Assembly: GCA_965250195.1 (NCBI GenBank)
Contig: OZ252295.1
Location: 1,568,856-1,632,855, forward strand
Direction: 5' to 3'
DNA length: 64,000 nt
From: Dehalococcoidia bacterium
GTDB lineage: Bacteria; Chloroflexota; Dehalococcoidia; Lucifugimonadales; UBA2962
The number at the start of each line of letters is the position of its first letter. The first letter of the stretch is position 1. Under the pieces are notes generated by a model. It did no database searches. It was not told the origin of the DNA and saw only the letters and a list, made by a program, of their open reading frames with translations. This document shows, piece after piece, positions 9,741 to 18,600 of the stretch. Made by a program: the position numbers and the translations under genes.

Positions 9741-9853
9741 TTTGCAGCCCCCAGCTCCCTTACCGCCTTACCCATTTACCCAATTTCATTACGATAAAAT
9801 CAGCGCCCGTTTACGCGAAGCGCCGCTGGCCAGGCAGAACCTGGGCACCATCG

Positions 9854-9862
9854 ACTATAGCA
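9854..9862 (-). promoter_or_regulatory. Extended -10 box of the infC-rpmI-rplT operon
   Basis: TGCTATAGT on the minus strand about 115 nt above the infC start. Confidence 0.5.
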
Positions 9863-9973
9863 TAAGGCAGGAGCCCCGGCAACACGGGGCGCACGGGTCA
9901 TAGAGGGTCATTTGCAAACCCGATTTGGACGCGCCCGCATCCAAACAATCGTCAGGTAGGAGGCCACCAAACA

Positions 9974-11185
9974 ATGCAGAAGCCAGAAATCACCATTTAT
10001 GGGGCGCCCTGGTGCCCCTACTGCGTCCGCGCCAAGCGATTTCTCACCGAGATGCGCACGCCGTTCGATTGGGTAGACATAGACGACCATCCAGAGGCCT
10101 TGCCCTTTCTTGAAAAGGTCAACGACGGCAACCACACCATCCCCACCATCGTCTTCGGTGACGACACCATCATGGTCGCTCCGACCAACGCCGAGTTGGC
10201 GGCCAAGATCGGGCTGGAGCCGAAGGCCATGGGGGATTTTTACGACCTCATCGTCATCGGTAGCGGGCCGGCCGGACTGTCCGCCGCTATCTACGCCGCC
10301 CGCGAAGGCTTCGAAACCCTCGCCATAGACGCCGCCGGCGTCGGGGGACAGGCCGGAATCACCGACCGCATCGAAAACTACCCCGGCTTCCCCCAGGGCG
10401 TCGGCGGGGCCGAGTTGGCCGACGACATGGCCAAGCAGGCTCGTAGGTTCGGGGTGGAGATACTGCAGGCCCAGCCGGTAGACAGTCTCAGCGAGTTGCC
10501 ACTATGCAAGGTCGTAAAGACAGCATCGCAAGACGAGTATGCTGCCTCAGCCGTGCTACTGGCCACCGGTAGCAAGTACCGCAAGCTGAACGTGCCGGGC
10601 GAAGATCACCTCATCGGCAAGGGAGTCCATTTCTGCGCCACATGCGACGGTCCGTTTTACAAGGACCGCGAGCTTCTCGTGGTTGGCGGCGGCAACTCCG
10701 GCCTAGAGGAAGGTCTGTACCTGACCAAGTTCGCCAGTAAGGTCACCATCGTGGAATTCGGCACCAAGCTTCGGGCCAGCAAGGTTCTGCAAGAAGAGCT
10801 GGCCAACCACCCAGAAGTCGAGGTCAGGCTGGGAACCACCGTCAGTGAGTTTATTGGCAACGGCACCCTCAGCTCCGTGATATTGAAAAACGTCGCCTCG
10901 GGAGAGACCGAAGAGATCACCCCCGCGGGCGCTTTCATATTCATCGGCCTCACCCCCAATATCGCCTTCGCCAAGGACTTCGTAAAACTCGACCAGTGGG
11001 GATTCATCCAGACCGGCCTGACAATGGAGACCAGCGTGCCGGGCGTTTACGCCGCCGGGGACGTGCGCGCGGGCAGTACCAAGCAGGTGGCCGCTGCCGT
11101 CGGGGAGGGCGCTACGGCCGCCCTGATGATCCGGGCATTTCTGGAGAAGACCCAGGGCTCTCGTGGCTATGCTGGCGACAGTTAA
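9974..11185 (+). CDS. Glutaredoxin/mycoredoxin-like domain fused to thioredoxin reductase (TrxB/AhpF-like)
   Basis: N-terminal WCPYC...VNDGNHTIPTI; then GSGPAG, CATCDG, GGGNSG and TSVPGVYAAGD. Confidence 0.9.
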   Translation: MQKPEITIYGAPWCPYCVRAKRFLTEMRTPFDWVDIDDHPEALPFLEKVNDGNHTIPTIVFGDDTIMVAPTNAELAAKIGLEPKAMGDFYDLIVIGSGPAGLSAAIYAAREGFETLAIDAAGVGGQAGITDRIENYPGFPQGVGGAELADDMAKQARRFGVEILQAQPVDSLSELPLCKVVKTASQDEYAASAVLLATGSKYRKLNVPGEDHLIGKGVHFCATCDGPFYKDRELLVVGGGNSGLEEGLYLTKFASKVTIVEFGTKLRASKVLQEELANHPEVEVRLGTTVSEFIGNGTLSSVILKNVASGETEEITPAGAFIFIGLTPNIAFAKDFVKLDQWGFIQTGLTMETSVPGVYAAGDVRAGSTKQVAAAVGEGATAALMIRAFLEKTQGSRGYAGDS

Positions 11186-11191
11186 ACCGCG

Positions 11192-12934
11192 CTAGGCCTT
11201 GCTCGCGACCTCGCCAGTAATGCGCTCGACGAGATCGTCGAGCGGCGTCGCGCCCAGGTCCTCGCCGGAACGCAGGCGAACGGCTGCCGCTCCGGCTTCG
11301 GCCTCGCGGTCCCCGACCACCAGCATGTAGGGGACCTTCTGCTTTTGGGCGTTGCGAATCTTCGCTCCCATGCGGTCGTTGCCGTCGTCCAGCTCCGCCC
11401 TGAGCCCGGCCTCTGTGAGCCGGTCCACAATGGTTTGCCCATACTCCTGATGGCGGTCGGCGATGGGGATCACCGTCGCCTGAACCGGGGCGAGCCAGGT
11501 TGGGAAGGCGCCGCCGTAGTGCTCGATGAGAACGCCCATGAAGCGCTCCATAGAGCCCAGCAGGGCCCTGTGAATGACGTACGGCTGGTGCCGGTCGCCA
11601 TCCTCCCCCACGTATTCGAGGTCGAAACGCGCGGGCAGGTTGAAGTCGAACTGGCAGGTCGTGATCTGCCACAACCGGCCGATGGCGTCGCGGATGTGCA
11701 CGTCGATCTTGGGGCCGTAGAATGCCCCGCCGCCTTCGTCGACCGTGTACTCGTGGCCCCGGTCCTCCAAAGTCTCCCTCAATGCCTCAGTGGCGACATC
11801 CCACTGGTCGTCGCTGCCGACCGCTTTTTCAGGCTTGTTGGCGAGCATGATCTCGAAGTCCGTAAAGCCGAAACTCGTCAGCAGGTGGAACGTCAGGTCG
11901 AGAACGCCGTTCACCTCGGCCTTGACCTGGTCCTCGCGGCAGAAGATGTGCGCGTCGTCCTGCGTCAGGCCCCGCACGCGCAGGAGGCCTGCCAGCACGC
12001 CGCCGCGTTCGTAGCGGTAGACCGTGCCCAACTCGCCGGTCCGAATTGGCAGGTCGCGATAGCTTCGCAGATCGGTCTTGTAATAGGTCATGTGGAACGG
12101 GCAGTTCATCGGCTTCAGGTAGTAGTCTTGCCCGTCCATGTCCATGGCCGCGAACATGTTCTCTGCGTAGAAATCCAGGTGTCCTGAGGTTTGCCACAGG
12201 TCAGCCTTGCCGATGTGCGGGGTGTAGATGATCGAGTACCCGGCCTTGACGTGCTCGTCCCGCCAGAACTCCTCGATCAGTCCCCGAATGCGAGCACCCT
12301 TGGGATGCCATATGACCAGACCGGGCCCGACCTCGTCCGAAATGGAGAAGAGGTCCAACGCCCGGCCGAGCACGCGATGGTCGCGCTTCTTCGCTTCCTC
12401 AATCCGGTCCAGGTGTGCATCTAATTCACCCTGGCTCTCAAACGCCGTGCCGTAAATGCGCTGGAGCATCGGCCGCTTCTCGTCGCCGCGCCAGTAGGCC
12501 CCCGCCAGGCTGAGCAGCTTGTAGGCGACGATCTTGCCGGTCGAGGCCACGTGGGGGCCGCCGCACAGGTCCTCGAATCGGCCGTGCGTCCAGGTCGAAA
12601 TCGCCTCGTCTTCCGGGATGTCGTCGATGATCTCCAGCTTCAGGGGCTCATCGGCGTTCATGCGCTTCGCCTCGTCACGCGGGTACTCGGCGTAGACGAA
12701 CGGCAGGTCCTCGTCGATGACGGCCTGCATTCGCTTCTCGATATCCTCCAGCTCATCGGGAGAGAAAGTCCGGTCGGTGAGGAAGTCATAGTAGAACCCG
12801 TCGTCCGTCGGCGGGCCGATCCCCAGGCGAATGTCCGGGTGCAGTCGGGTGACGATATCGGCCATCACATGGGCGGCCGAGTGGCGCATGCGCTTTCGCA
12901 GTTCAATCAGTTCAGGGTCTGTTTTTGGGGCCAT
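11192..12934 (-). CDS. thrS: Threonine--tRNA ligase (short form lacking the N-terminal TGS domain)
   Basis: RHSAAH, DLCGGPH, KPMNCP, RYE and GAFYGPKID motifs. Confidence 0.97.
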   Translation of the reverse strand: MAPKTDPELIELRKRMRHSAAHVMADIVTRLHPDIRLGIGPPTDDGFYYDFLTDRTFSPDELEDIEKRMQAVIDEDLPFVYAEYPRDEAKRMNADEPLKLEIIDDIPEDEAISTWTHGRFEDLCGGPHVASTGKIVAYKLLSLAGAYWRGDEKRPMLQRIYGTAFESQGELDAHLDRIEEAKKRDHRVLGRALDLFSISDEVGPGLVIWHPKGARIRGLIEEFWRDEHVKAGYSIIYTPHIGKADLWQTSGHLDFYAENMFAAMDMDGQDYYLKPMNCPFHMTYYKTDLRSYRDLPIRTGELGTVYRYERGGVLAGLLRVRGLTQDDAHIFCREDQVKAEVNGVLDLTFHLLTSFGFTDFEIMLANKPEKAVGSDDQWDVATEALRETLEDRGHEYTVDEGGGAFYGPKIDVHIRDAIGRLWQITTCQFDFNLPARFDLEYVGEDGDRHQPYVIHRALLGSMERFMGVLIEHYGGAFPTWLAPVQATVIPIADRHQEYGQTIVDRLTEAGLRAELDDGNDRMGAKIRNAQKQKVPYMLVVGDREAEAGAAAVRLRSGEDLGATPLDDLVERITGEVASKA

Positions 12935-12972
12935 GTTGTCTATCTCAGTATTCGGTTTGTCGGCTGTCGGGG

Positions 12973-14559
12973 TTACGGGGTCGCCTGGCCGGCCATCACG
13001 CCGGTGCACACCTCGTCGTCCACCGCGATCTGTCCGTTGACCAGCACGTACGGAATACCGACCGGGAACTGGTTCGGGTCATCGAACGTCGCCGTGTCGA
13101 TAATCGCGTCGGGGTCAAACACCACCAGGTCCGCGAAATAACCGGCCTGGACCCGTCCCCGGTCCGTCAGACCGAACCGCCGGGCCGGGTTGTCGGTAAA
13201 TCTCTGAATCATCGTTTCGAGAGACATTACGTCTGGCATCCCCCGCCTGAAACGCCCGAGAAATCGAGGGAACGTCCCGTAGGCGCGGGGGTGTGGCAGT
13301 CTACCGACCGGGATCTGGTCGCTTCCCACCATGTAATCGGGGCGTGCCAGGAACTCCATCTGGTCCCGTGCCAGCGAGCGCGTGATCGCCACGCTGATCG
13401 GCGGAGCGCCCCGAAAGCCCACCTGCAGGTTTTCGGCGAGCAGCAGGTCGCAGACCACCTCGCCCGCCGACTTGCCCTGCAGGGCCATGATATCGACCAG
13501 GCTCATGCCTTCTAGCTTCGGCTGATTGGGCAGGTTCGTAAACACCATCAGGTCCAACGGCCTGGCGTCATAGCCGTCGATCGATTGGGCGACCTGCTTG
13601 CGTGCTTCAGGGTCGCGCAGACGTTTGAGAATAGCGTCGCTGCCGCCCTCCTGAGACACTGAGTGCAGGGCCATCAAGATGAAACTGCTGCCGATGGGGT
13701 AGGGATACAGTTCCAGCGTCGAGTCCACCTCGTCCTTGGCCGCGTCGATAGGAGCGATCTTCTCGGCCGCGGTCATCACCCCGAAATCCTCGGGCACCGT
13801 GCGGAAGTGGGAGAAGTGCACCTTTACCCCCGACAGGCGCCCTATTTGAAGGGCCTCGGCCACGCCACCGCCGCCGAAGCCACGCTCTGTATGCACATCC
13901 CGCAGGTGCGTCACGTACAGGCCACCCGCCTCATCGGCCGCCCTGCACAGCTCCACCAGTTCGTCCGTCGTGCTCCAGGCGTTGGGGAAATACGACATGC
14001 CCGTCGAGAACGCAACGGCGCCCTGCTCCACGGCTTCGCGCACCATGCCCTTGGCCTTGTCCATGTCGGCGCCGGTAAGTGGGGCGTCGGTAAAGCCGAC
14101 CGTCGAGAGGCGGATGGCGCCGTGCGGTACGCAGTAGGCCGTATTGATCGCGCACTTTTTGTGGTAATTGGCCCGGAACGCTGGGACGCTGGACATGTCT
14201 AGATCGGGGGAAGGGAGCCCGAGGATGCCCGAGAGATAACGCCGATACATATCGTAGTTCTGTGGCGACATCGGTGCATAAGAAAGGCCGTCCTGCCCCA
14301 GGATCTCCGTCGTTATGCCCTGGCGCAGGCCGGAAGCGTGCTGCGGGTCCACCAGCAGCGCGCCGTCGGTGTGGGCGTGGGCGTCGATGAACCCTGGCGA
14401 GACCACGTGTCCGGTCGCATCAATTACGCGCCGCGCCTCTGCTGTCGACAGGTCGCCGACTGCCTCGACCCGTTCGCCGGTGACACCGACGTCGGCCTTG
14501 ATGGCGGGCTCGCCGCTTCCATCCACCACCGAACCACCCTCAATCAATACGTCGAACAT
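12973..14559 (-). CDS. N-acyl-D-amino acid deacylase (D-aminoacylase family amidohydrolase)
   Basis: PGFIDAHAHTD, THLRD, VGSD and HPRAYGTFPRFLG motifs. Confidence 0.85.
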   Translation of the reverse strand: MFDVLIEGGSVVDGSGEPAIKADVGVTGERVEAVGDLSTAEARRVIDATGHVVSPGFIDAHAHTDGALLVDPQHASGLRQGITTEILGQDGLSYAPMSPQNYDMYRRYLSGILGLPSPDLDMSSVPAFRANYHKKCAINTAYCVPHGAIRLSTVGFTDAPLTGADMDKAKGMVREAVEQGAVAFSTGMSYFPNAWSTTDELVELCRAADEAGGLYVTHLRDVHTERGFGGGGVAEALQIGRLSGVKVHFSHFRTVPEDFGVMTAAEKIAPIDAAKDEVDSTLELYPYPIGSSFILMALHSVSQEGGSDAILKRLRDPEARKQVAQSIDGYDARPLDLMVFTNLPNQPKLEGMSLVDIMALQGKSAGEVVCDLLLAENLQVGFRGAPPISVAITRSLARDQMEFLARPDYMVGSDQIPVGRLPHPRAYGTFPRFLGRFRRGMPDVMSLETMIQRFTDNPARRFGLTDRGRVQAGYFADLVVFDPDAIIDTATFDDPNQFPVGIPYVLVNGQIAVDDEVCTGVMAGQATP

Positions 14560-14673
14560 TCATCTCCTCATGTTCAAAAAATAACCCGGCCTCCACCTGC
14601 ATGAGGCGATGCCGACCCCGGCCGCAAGACGAAATCGGCGTGCTGGCAAGCGATCGCAAGAGCGGGGTGAAAC

Positions 14674-14949
14674 TTAGGCGGACGCTTCGATGCGCTCCCG
14701 GATCTGCGCCCTGATCTCCTTCACCCTGGGAAGGGTGGGGAACTGGCCGCCCTCGTCCGCCTTGTCGTAGAGCTTGTCTCCGTCGGCGAAGACCTGCAGC
14801 ACGCCCCCGGTGCCGGGCGTAATCGTTATCGCCACGTCCTTGCCCCCCTGGGCGAAAATCTCGGTGGCCATCCAGGCCGCCGTGCCGTGGTGGCTTCAAG
14901 GGACGCAGTAGCGAATCTCCACGTTCACTTTCGCGATGGGTTCCGTCAT
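14674..14949 (-). CDS. Rdx/SelW-like selenoprotein (CxxU; Sec at TGA 14896-14898)
   Basis: AGGAG SD then ATG 14949; MTEPIAKVNVEIRYCVP-TGA-SHHGTAAW reads in frame into ...ITPGTGGVLQV...GQFP; hairpin after the UGA. Confidence 0.85.
14863..14881 (-). promoter_or_regulatory. Putative bacterial SECIS hairpin of the Rdx gene
   Basis: GGC-GGCC-TGGAT-GGCC-ACC; loop starts 22 nt after UGA, with G at loop position 2. Confidence 0.55.
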
Positions 14950-14997
14950 GTGATGCTCCTTGTTGTCGATCCAAATTCTGGGTCTGCAAACGACCGC

Positions 14998-16014
14998 TTA
15001 AATAGCCTGTGCGGGGTGTCGGTTGGGAATCTTGCGAGCCACGTCCGGGTTCACCAGAGACATAGGGTACATGCCCTTGAGGATGCGGGCGGCCTCCTCG
15101 CCCAGCCGCGTCCTGCCCGCCACGTTGGAGTGGTCGGACGCCCCCGCTGAGTGTGGCGTCGCGATCACGTTGTCCATAGCCAGCAGCGGGTTATCGGCGG
15201 GCGTCGGCTCCACCTCGAACACGTCCAGCGCGGCCCCGGCGATCGCTCCCGCGTTCAGTGCTCTAATCAGCGCCGCTTCGTCGTGAGTGGGTCCACGGCA
15301 GGTGTTGATGAAAAACGCCGTCGGCTTCATCGCCTTAAACAAGTCGTCGCCCGCCAGGCCCCTCGTCTCCTCGTTGAGCGGCACGTGCATCGACACATAG
15401 TCCGAGGCGGCGGCCAGGGCCTCCATTGAGTTCACCCTCGTAACCTCGTACTCCTCGGCCACCCAGGGTTCCAGGTACGGGTCGTACACCAGCACGTCCA
15501 GCCCGAATGCTTTGGCTTTGCGAGACGTCGGCCGACCTATGTTGCCGAAGCCGATCAGGCCGAGCGTCTGTCCATAGACGCCGGGCATCGGGAACAGGTG
15601 CGGGTGAGTGCTTGCATCCCATCCACCTTCACTCATGACCTTATCCAGATGGACGAGCCGTTTGGCACATGCCAGCAGGAACATGATCGCGTGGTTCGCC
15701 ACCTCGTCCGAGCAGTAGCCCGCGCAGTTGGTGAGCATCACCCCCATGTCGGTGGCGGCCTCGTCGTCGATGTGATTGAAGCCGTGGCCGAGGCTGACAA
15801 TCGCCGTGGCGCCGCTCATCGACTCGATCACCGTGCGGCTCAGCGGCACCACCTCGTCGATAACCAGGTCCGCTCCCTTGACCGCCTCAATAATCTCGAC
15901 CTCGCTGGAGACGATATGACGTTCGAATTCGTGATCCACCCCGGCCAGCTGGTCCACGGTCCAGGAGATATCGGAATCACTGGGGGATATATATGCGACT
16001 TTCAGTTTTGCCAT
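14998..16014 (-). CDS. D-isomer-specific 2-hydroxyacid dehydrogenase (CtBP/SerA-like)
   Basis: GLIGFGNIG, INTCRG, ALDVFEVEP and TPHSA motifs. Confidence 0.88.
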   Translation of the reverse strand: MAKLKVAYISPSDSDISWTVDQLAGVDHEFERHIVSSEVEIIEAVKGADLVIDEVVPLSRTVIESMSGATAIVSLGHGFNHIDDEAATDMGVMLTNCAGYCSDEVANHAIMFLLACAKRLVHLDKVMSEGGWDASTHPHLFPMPGVYGQTLGLIGFGNIGRPTSRKAKAFGLDVLVYDPYLEPWVAEEYEVTRVNSMEALAAASDYVSMHVPLNEETRGLAGDDLFKAMKPTAFFINTCRGPTHDEAALIRALNAGAIAGAALDVFEVEPTPADNPLLAMDNVIATPHSAGASDHSNVAGRTRLGEEAARILKGMYPMSLVNPDVARKIPNRHPAQAI

Positions 16015-16026
16015 GCGCTCTCTTTC

Positions 16027-17112
16027 TCAGGCGCCGATCAGGCGCGAATAGTCTTTTTGCCATCGTTCGGCGAACGCGACTTCCTTGTCTCTTTCGGCGT
16101 ACTGGGCCGAGTCATCGGCCGGGTTGTCCCTGTACCACTGGACAGTTTCGGCCACCCAATCGGCCAGGGGCGTGACGTGCAGGTCAAAGTCGCGCCTGGC
16201 TTTGGCAATCGACATGACGTAGGTAGTGGGAAGGGAAAACGGGTCATAGCTCCAGTCGTCCCAGGGCAGGCCGGAGAGCCGGTCGCAGGCATCGGCCGGT
16301 GCGGAGGTCGTATTCAACTCAACCCCACACGCCTCGGCCAGGACCGTGAGGTAGTGCGCCAGCGTCGGAATCTCGCCCTGGCAGATGTTGTAAACGTTGC
16401 CAGCGGTGTTGGGCGAATCCATCGCGTCGATGAACGCCCTGGCCACGTCGTCCCGGAACCCTAGCCGGAAGGCGTTCGCGCCCCCGTCCCGCAGCACGAT
16501 GGGCCGACCGTCCTGCATCCGCTGCTGGTACCACCAAAAGCGCAGGCTCGGGTCCTCCGGCCCCATCGTCGCAGGCACCCGCATCGCGACCCAGGGGAAA
16601 TCCCCGGATTCCATCAGGAACCGTTCTATCTGGCGCTTTCCCTGGGCGTATTCGTGCTCGCTGTCGTCGTAGGAGTACGGCACCGTGGCCGAGTCCACGG
16701 AGCGTTCCGTCATAGGCGCCTCGGCGTTGAGATCGACGAACTGGTCGGTGTGGTCCATCGGTCCGGTTCCGGTCAGCCGACGGGTGTGAGCGTGGCCGGG
16801 GCCCCCATAAATGGAGACGGTAGAGGCGACGAGATATTTACCGGTCTTGCCTCTTAACGTTTTGACCACCGACGCGACGTCCTCAGTGCGGTAGGCGAGA
16901 TTGTCGATCACCGCGTCGAAGCTTTTGCCCGAGAGTTTCGCATCGAAATCATCGCAATCGGTACGGTCTCCAACAATGTGCTCGCAGTCATCCCAGAAGT
17001 CCGGGCGAGTGTTGCCGCGGGAGTAGATCGTCACCTCGTCGCCGCGTGCGAGCAGGTCCCTGACAATCTTCTTGCCGAAATAGAGGGTGCCGCCGATCAG
17101 TAGGACTTTCAT
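16027..17112 (-). CDS. NAD-dependent epimerase/dehydratase (extended SDR)
   Basis: N-terminal IGGTLYFG and YAQGK (YxxxK) motifs. Confidence 0.8.
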   Translation of the reverse strand: MKVLLIGGTLYFGKKIVRDLLARGDEVTIYSRGNTRPDFWDDCEHIVGDRTDCDDFDAKLSGKSFDAVIDNLAYRTEDVASVVKTLRGKTGKYLVASTVSIYGGPGHAHTRRLTGTGPMDHTDQFVDLNAEAPMTERSVDSATVPYSYDDSEHEYAQGKRQIERFLMESGDFPWVAMRVPATMGPEDPSLRFWWYQQRMQDGRPIVLRDGGANAFRLGFRDDVARAFIDAMDSPNTAGNVYNICQGEIPTLAHYLTVLAEACGVELNTTSAPADACDRLSGLPWDDWSYDPFSLPTTYVMSIAKARRDFDLHVTPLADWVAETVQWYRDNPADDSAQYAERDKEVAFAERWQKDYSRLIGA

Positions 17113-17185
17113 GTGCATCCGTCTCCCAAAATGGGCTCTGAATGTAGGCTCTGAAAAAGGGCCGCCCAGAGGGCGGTCGAGCGGC

Positions 17186-17219
17186 ATTATAAGGGCGGCG
17201 TATGGTCCGGTGCTAAGAT
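17186..17219. promoter_or_regulatory. Divergent -10 boxes for the epimerase and DsbA-fold genes
   Basis: TATAAT on minus (17186-17191) and extended TGCTAAGAT on plus (17211-17219). Confidence 0.5.
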
Positions 17220-17252
17220 TGGCCCGGAAACGAACCCTGGGGGTGAGACGCG

Positions 17253-17870
17253 GTGGTGAAGGTACAGATTTTCTACGACTACATATGACCCTACGTACAC
17301 AATGCAGCCGTGTGGCTGCACAAGGCCGCCGCCGATGGGGTTGAGTTAGACGTGACCTGGCGGGCGTTCGTGCTCGACGAGGTGAACCGCAAAGAGGGCG
17401 ATACCCCCACCTGGGAAAAATCCGAGGGCGAGCGAGGGCGTTCGCTACTGTCCCTGGTGGCGGGCAAGGCCGTGCTGCGGCAGGCCCCGGAACTGTTCGA
17501 AACCTTCCACCGGGCCATACTGGCGGCGCGTCACGATGGCGCCCGCATCCGGCTCGATTTACCCGATCCTCTACTTGAAATCAGTTCGCAAGTCGGCCTA
17601 GACACAGACCGGCTCCAACGAGACATGGACGATCCAGAATTACTGGCGGCCGTGGCTGTGGATCATACCGAGGCCTCCCAGACCCACGGCGTGTTCGGTA
17701 CGCCCACCTTCGTGTTCGAGAACGGCCAGGCCGTGTTCGTAAAAACCTTCATCCCTCCGGACGACCAGGCGGCCGACGCCCTGACCAACTTCGTGGGCCT
17801 CATGGCGGAGCGGAGCTACATCGGCGAGGTAAAGCGCCCGCAGCCGCCCTGGCCCAAGGGCGCCGTCTAG
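17253..17870 (+). CDS. DsbA-fold (Rv2466c/mycoredoxin-2-like) selenoprotein (Sec at TGA 17286-17288)
   Basis: GGGGGTGAG SD then GTG; VKVQIFYDYI-TGA-PYVHNAAVW is in frame with the track ORF at 17310; GVFGTPT cis-Pro loop; perfect hairpin after the UGA. Confidence 0.85.
17303..17320 (+). promoter_or_regulatory. Putative bacterial SECIS hairpin of the DsbA-fold gene
   Basis: TGCAGCC-GTGT-GGCTGCA, a 7-bp perfect stem with a G-initiated loop starting 22 nt after UGA. Confidence 0.7.
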
Positions 17871-17874
17871 GAGA

Positions 17875-18600
17875 GTGGCGTCACCGACGCCCCGCCCGAA
17901 AGTGACCGGAGACCGGGCCGCGGTGGTTGCAGAACTGAGCGCCCGCCTGGGCCTTGAGTTCCGTGACCCGGAGCTGCTGGCGTTGGCGCTCGTGCACCCT
18001 TCCTTAGTCAACGAAGCTGGTCTGGACCGCACCCTCTCCAACCAGCGCCTGGAATTTCTGGGCGACGCCGTCATCGGTCTCGTTGTCGCTGAGGCCCTGT
18101 ATCTGAAGCATCCAGATTGGACCGAGGGTCGCTTGACCGTGGCCCGGTCGAGCCTCGTCAGTGGAGACACCCTCGCCGCCGTCGCACAAGACATCGGACT
18201 GGGCGCACACCTCGTCATGGGGAAGGGCGAGGAGTCGGGTGGAGGCAGGGAGCGGCCGACCAACCTCGCCGCGGCGCTAGAGGCCGCAATCGGAGCGGCG
18301 CTGCTCGACTCGGGCCACGAGGTCGCGTCTGCGCTGACGCTGCGGCTACTGGGAGATCGCCTCGAGACGGCCGACGGCGAAACCGGCCCCAACGCCAAGT
18401 CCGCCCTGCAAGAGCTGATCCAGGGCCGGGGGCTGGCCACGCCGATCTACCAGATAGTCGGCCAGTCTGGCGACCCGCACGAAATGTCGTTTACCGCCGA
18501 GGTCGAAGTAGACGGGAAGGTTGCCGGTCGCGGCTCCGGCCCCCGCAAGTCGGCCGCCGAACAGGCCGCCGCCAGCTCTGCATTGGCGGCGCTTACCTAG
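17875..18600 (+). CDS. rnc: Ribonuclease III
   Basis: [11 protein letters not shown] signature plus C-terminal dsRBD (KSALQE...KSAAEQAAA). Confidence 0.95.
   Translation: MASPTPRPKVTGDRAAVVAELSARLGLEFRDPELLALALVHPSLVNEAGLDRTLSNQRLEFLGDAVIGLVVAEALYLKHPDWTEGRLTVARSSLVSGDTLAAVAQDIGLGAHLVMGKGEESGGGRERPTNLAAALEAAIGAALLDSGHEVASALTLRLLGDRLETADGETGPNAKSALQELIQGRGLATPIYQIVGQSGDPHEMSFTAEVEVDGKVAGRGSGPRKSAAEQAAASSALAALT

Noticed and set aside
14896..17288. UGA as Trp or Gly (alternative genetic code)
   Set aside because: TGA is a normal stop for ctaA, ctaB, ctaC and others, and both in-frame cases sit at redox Cys positions
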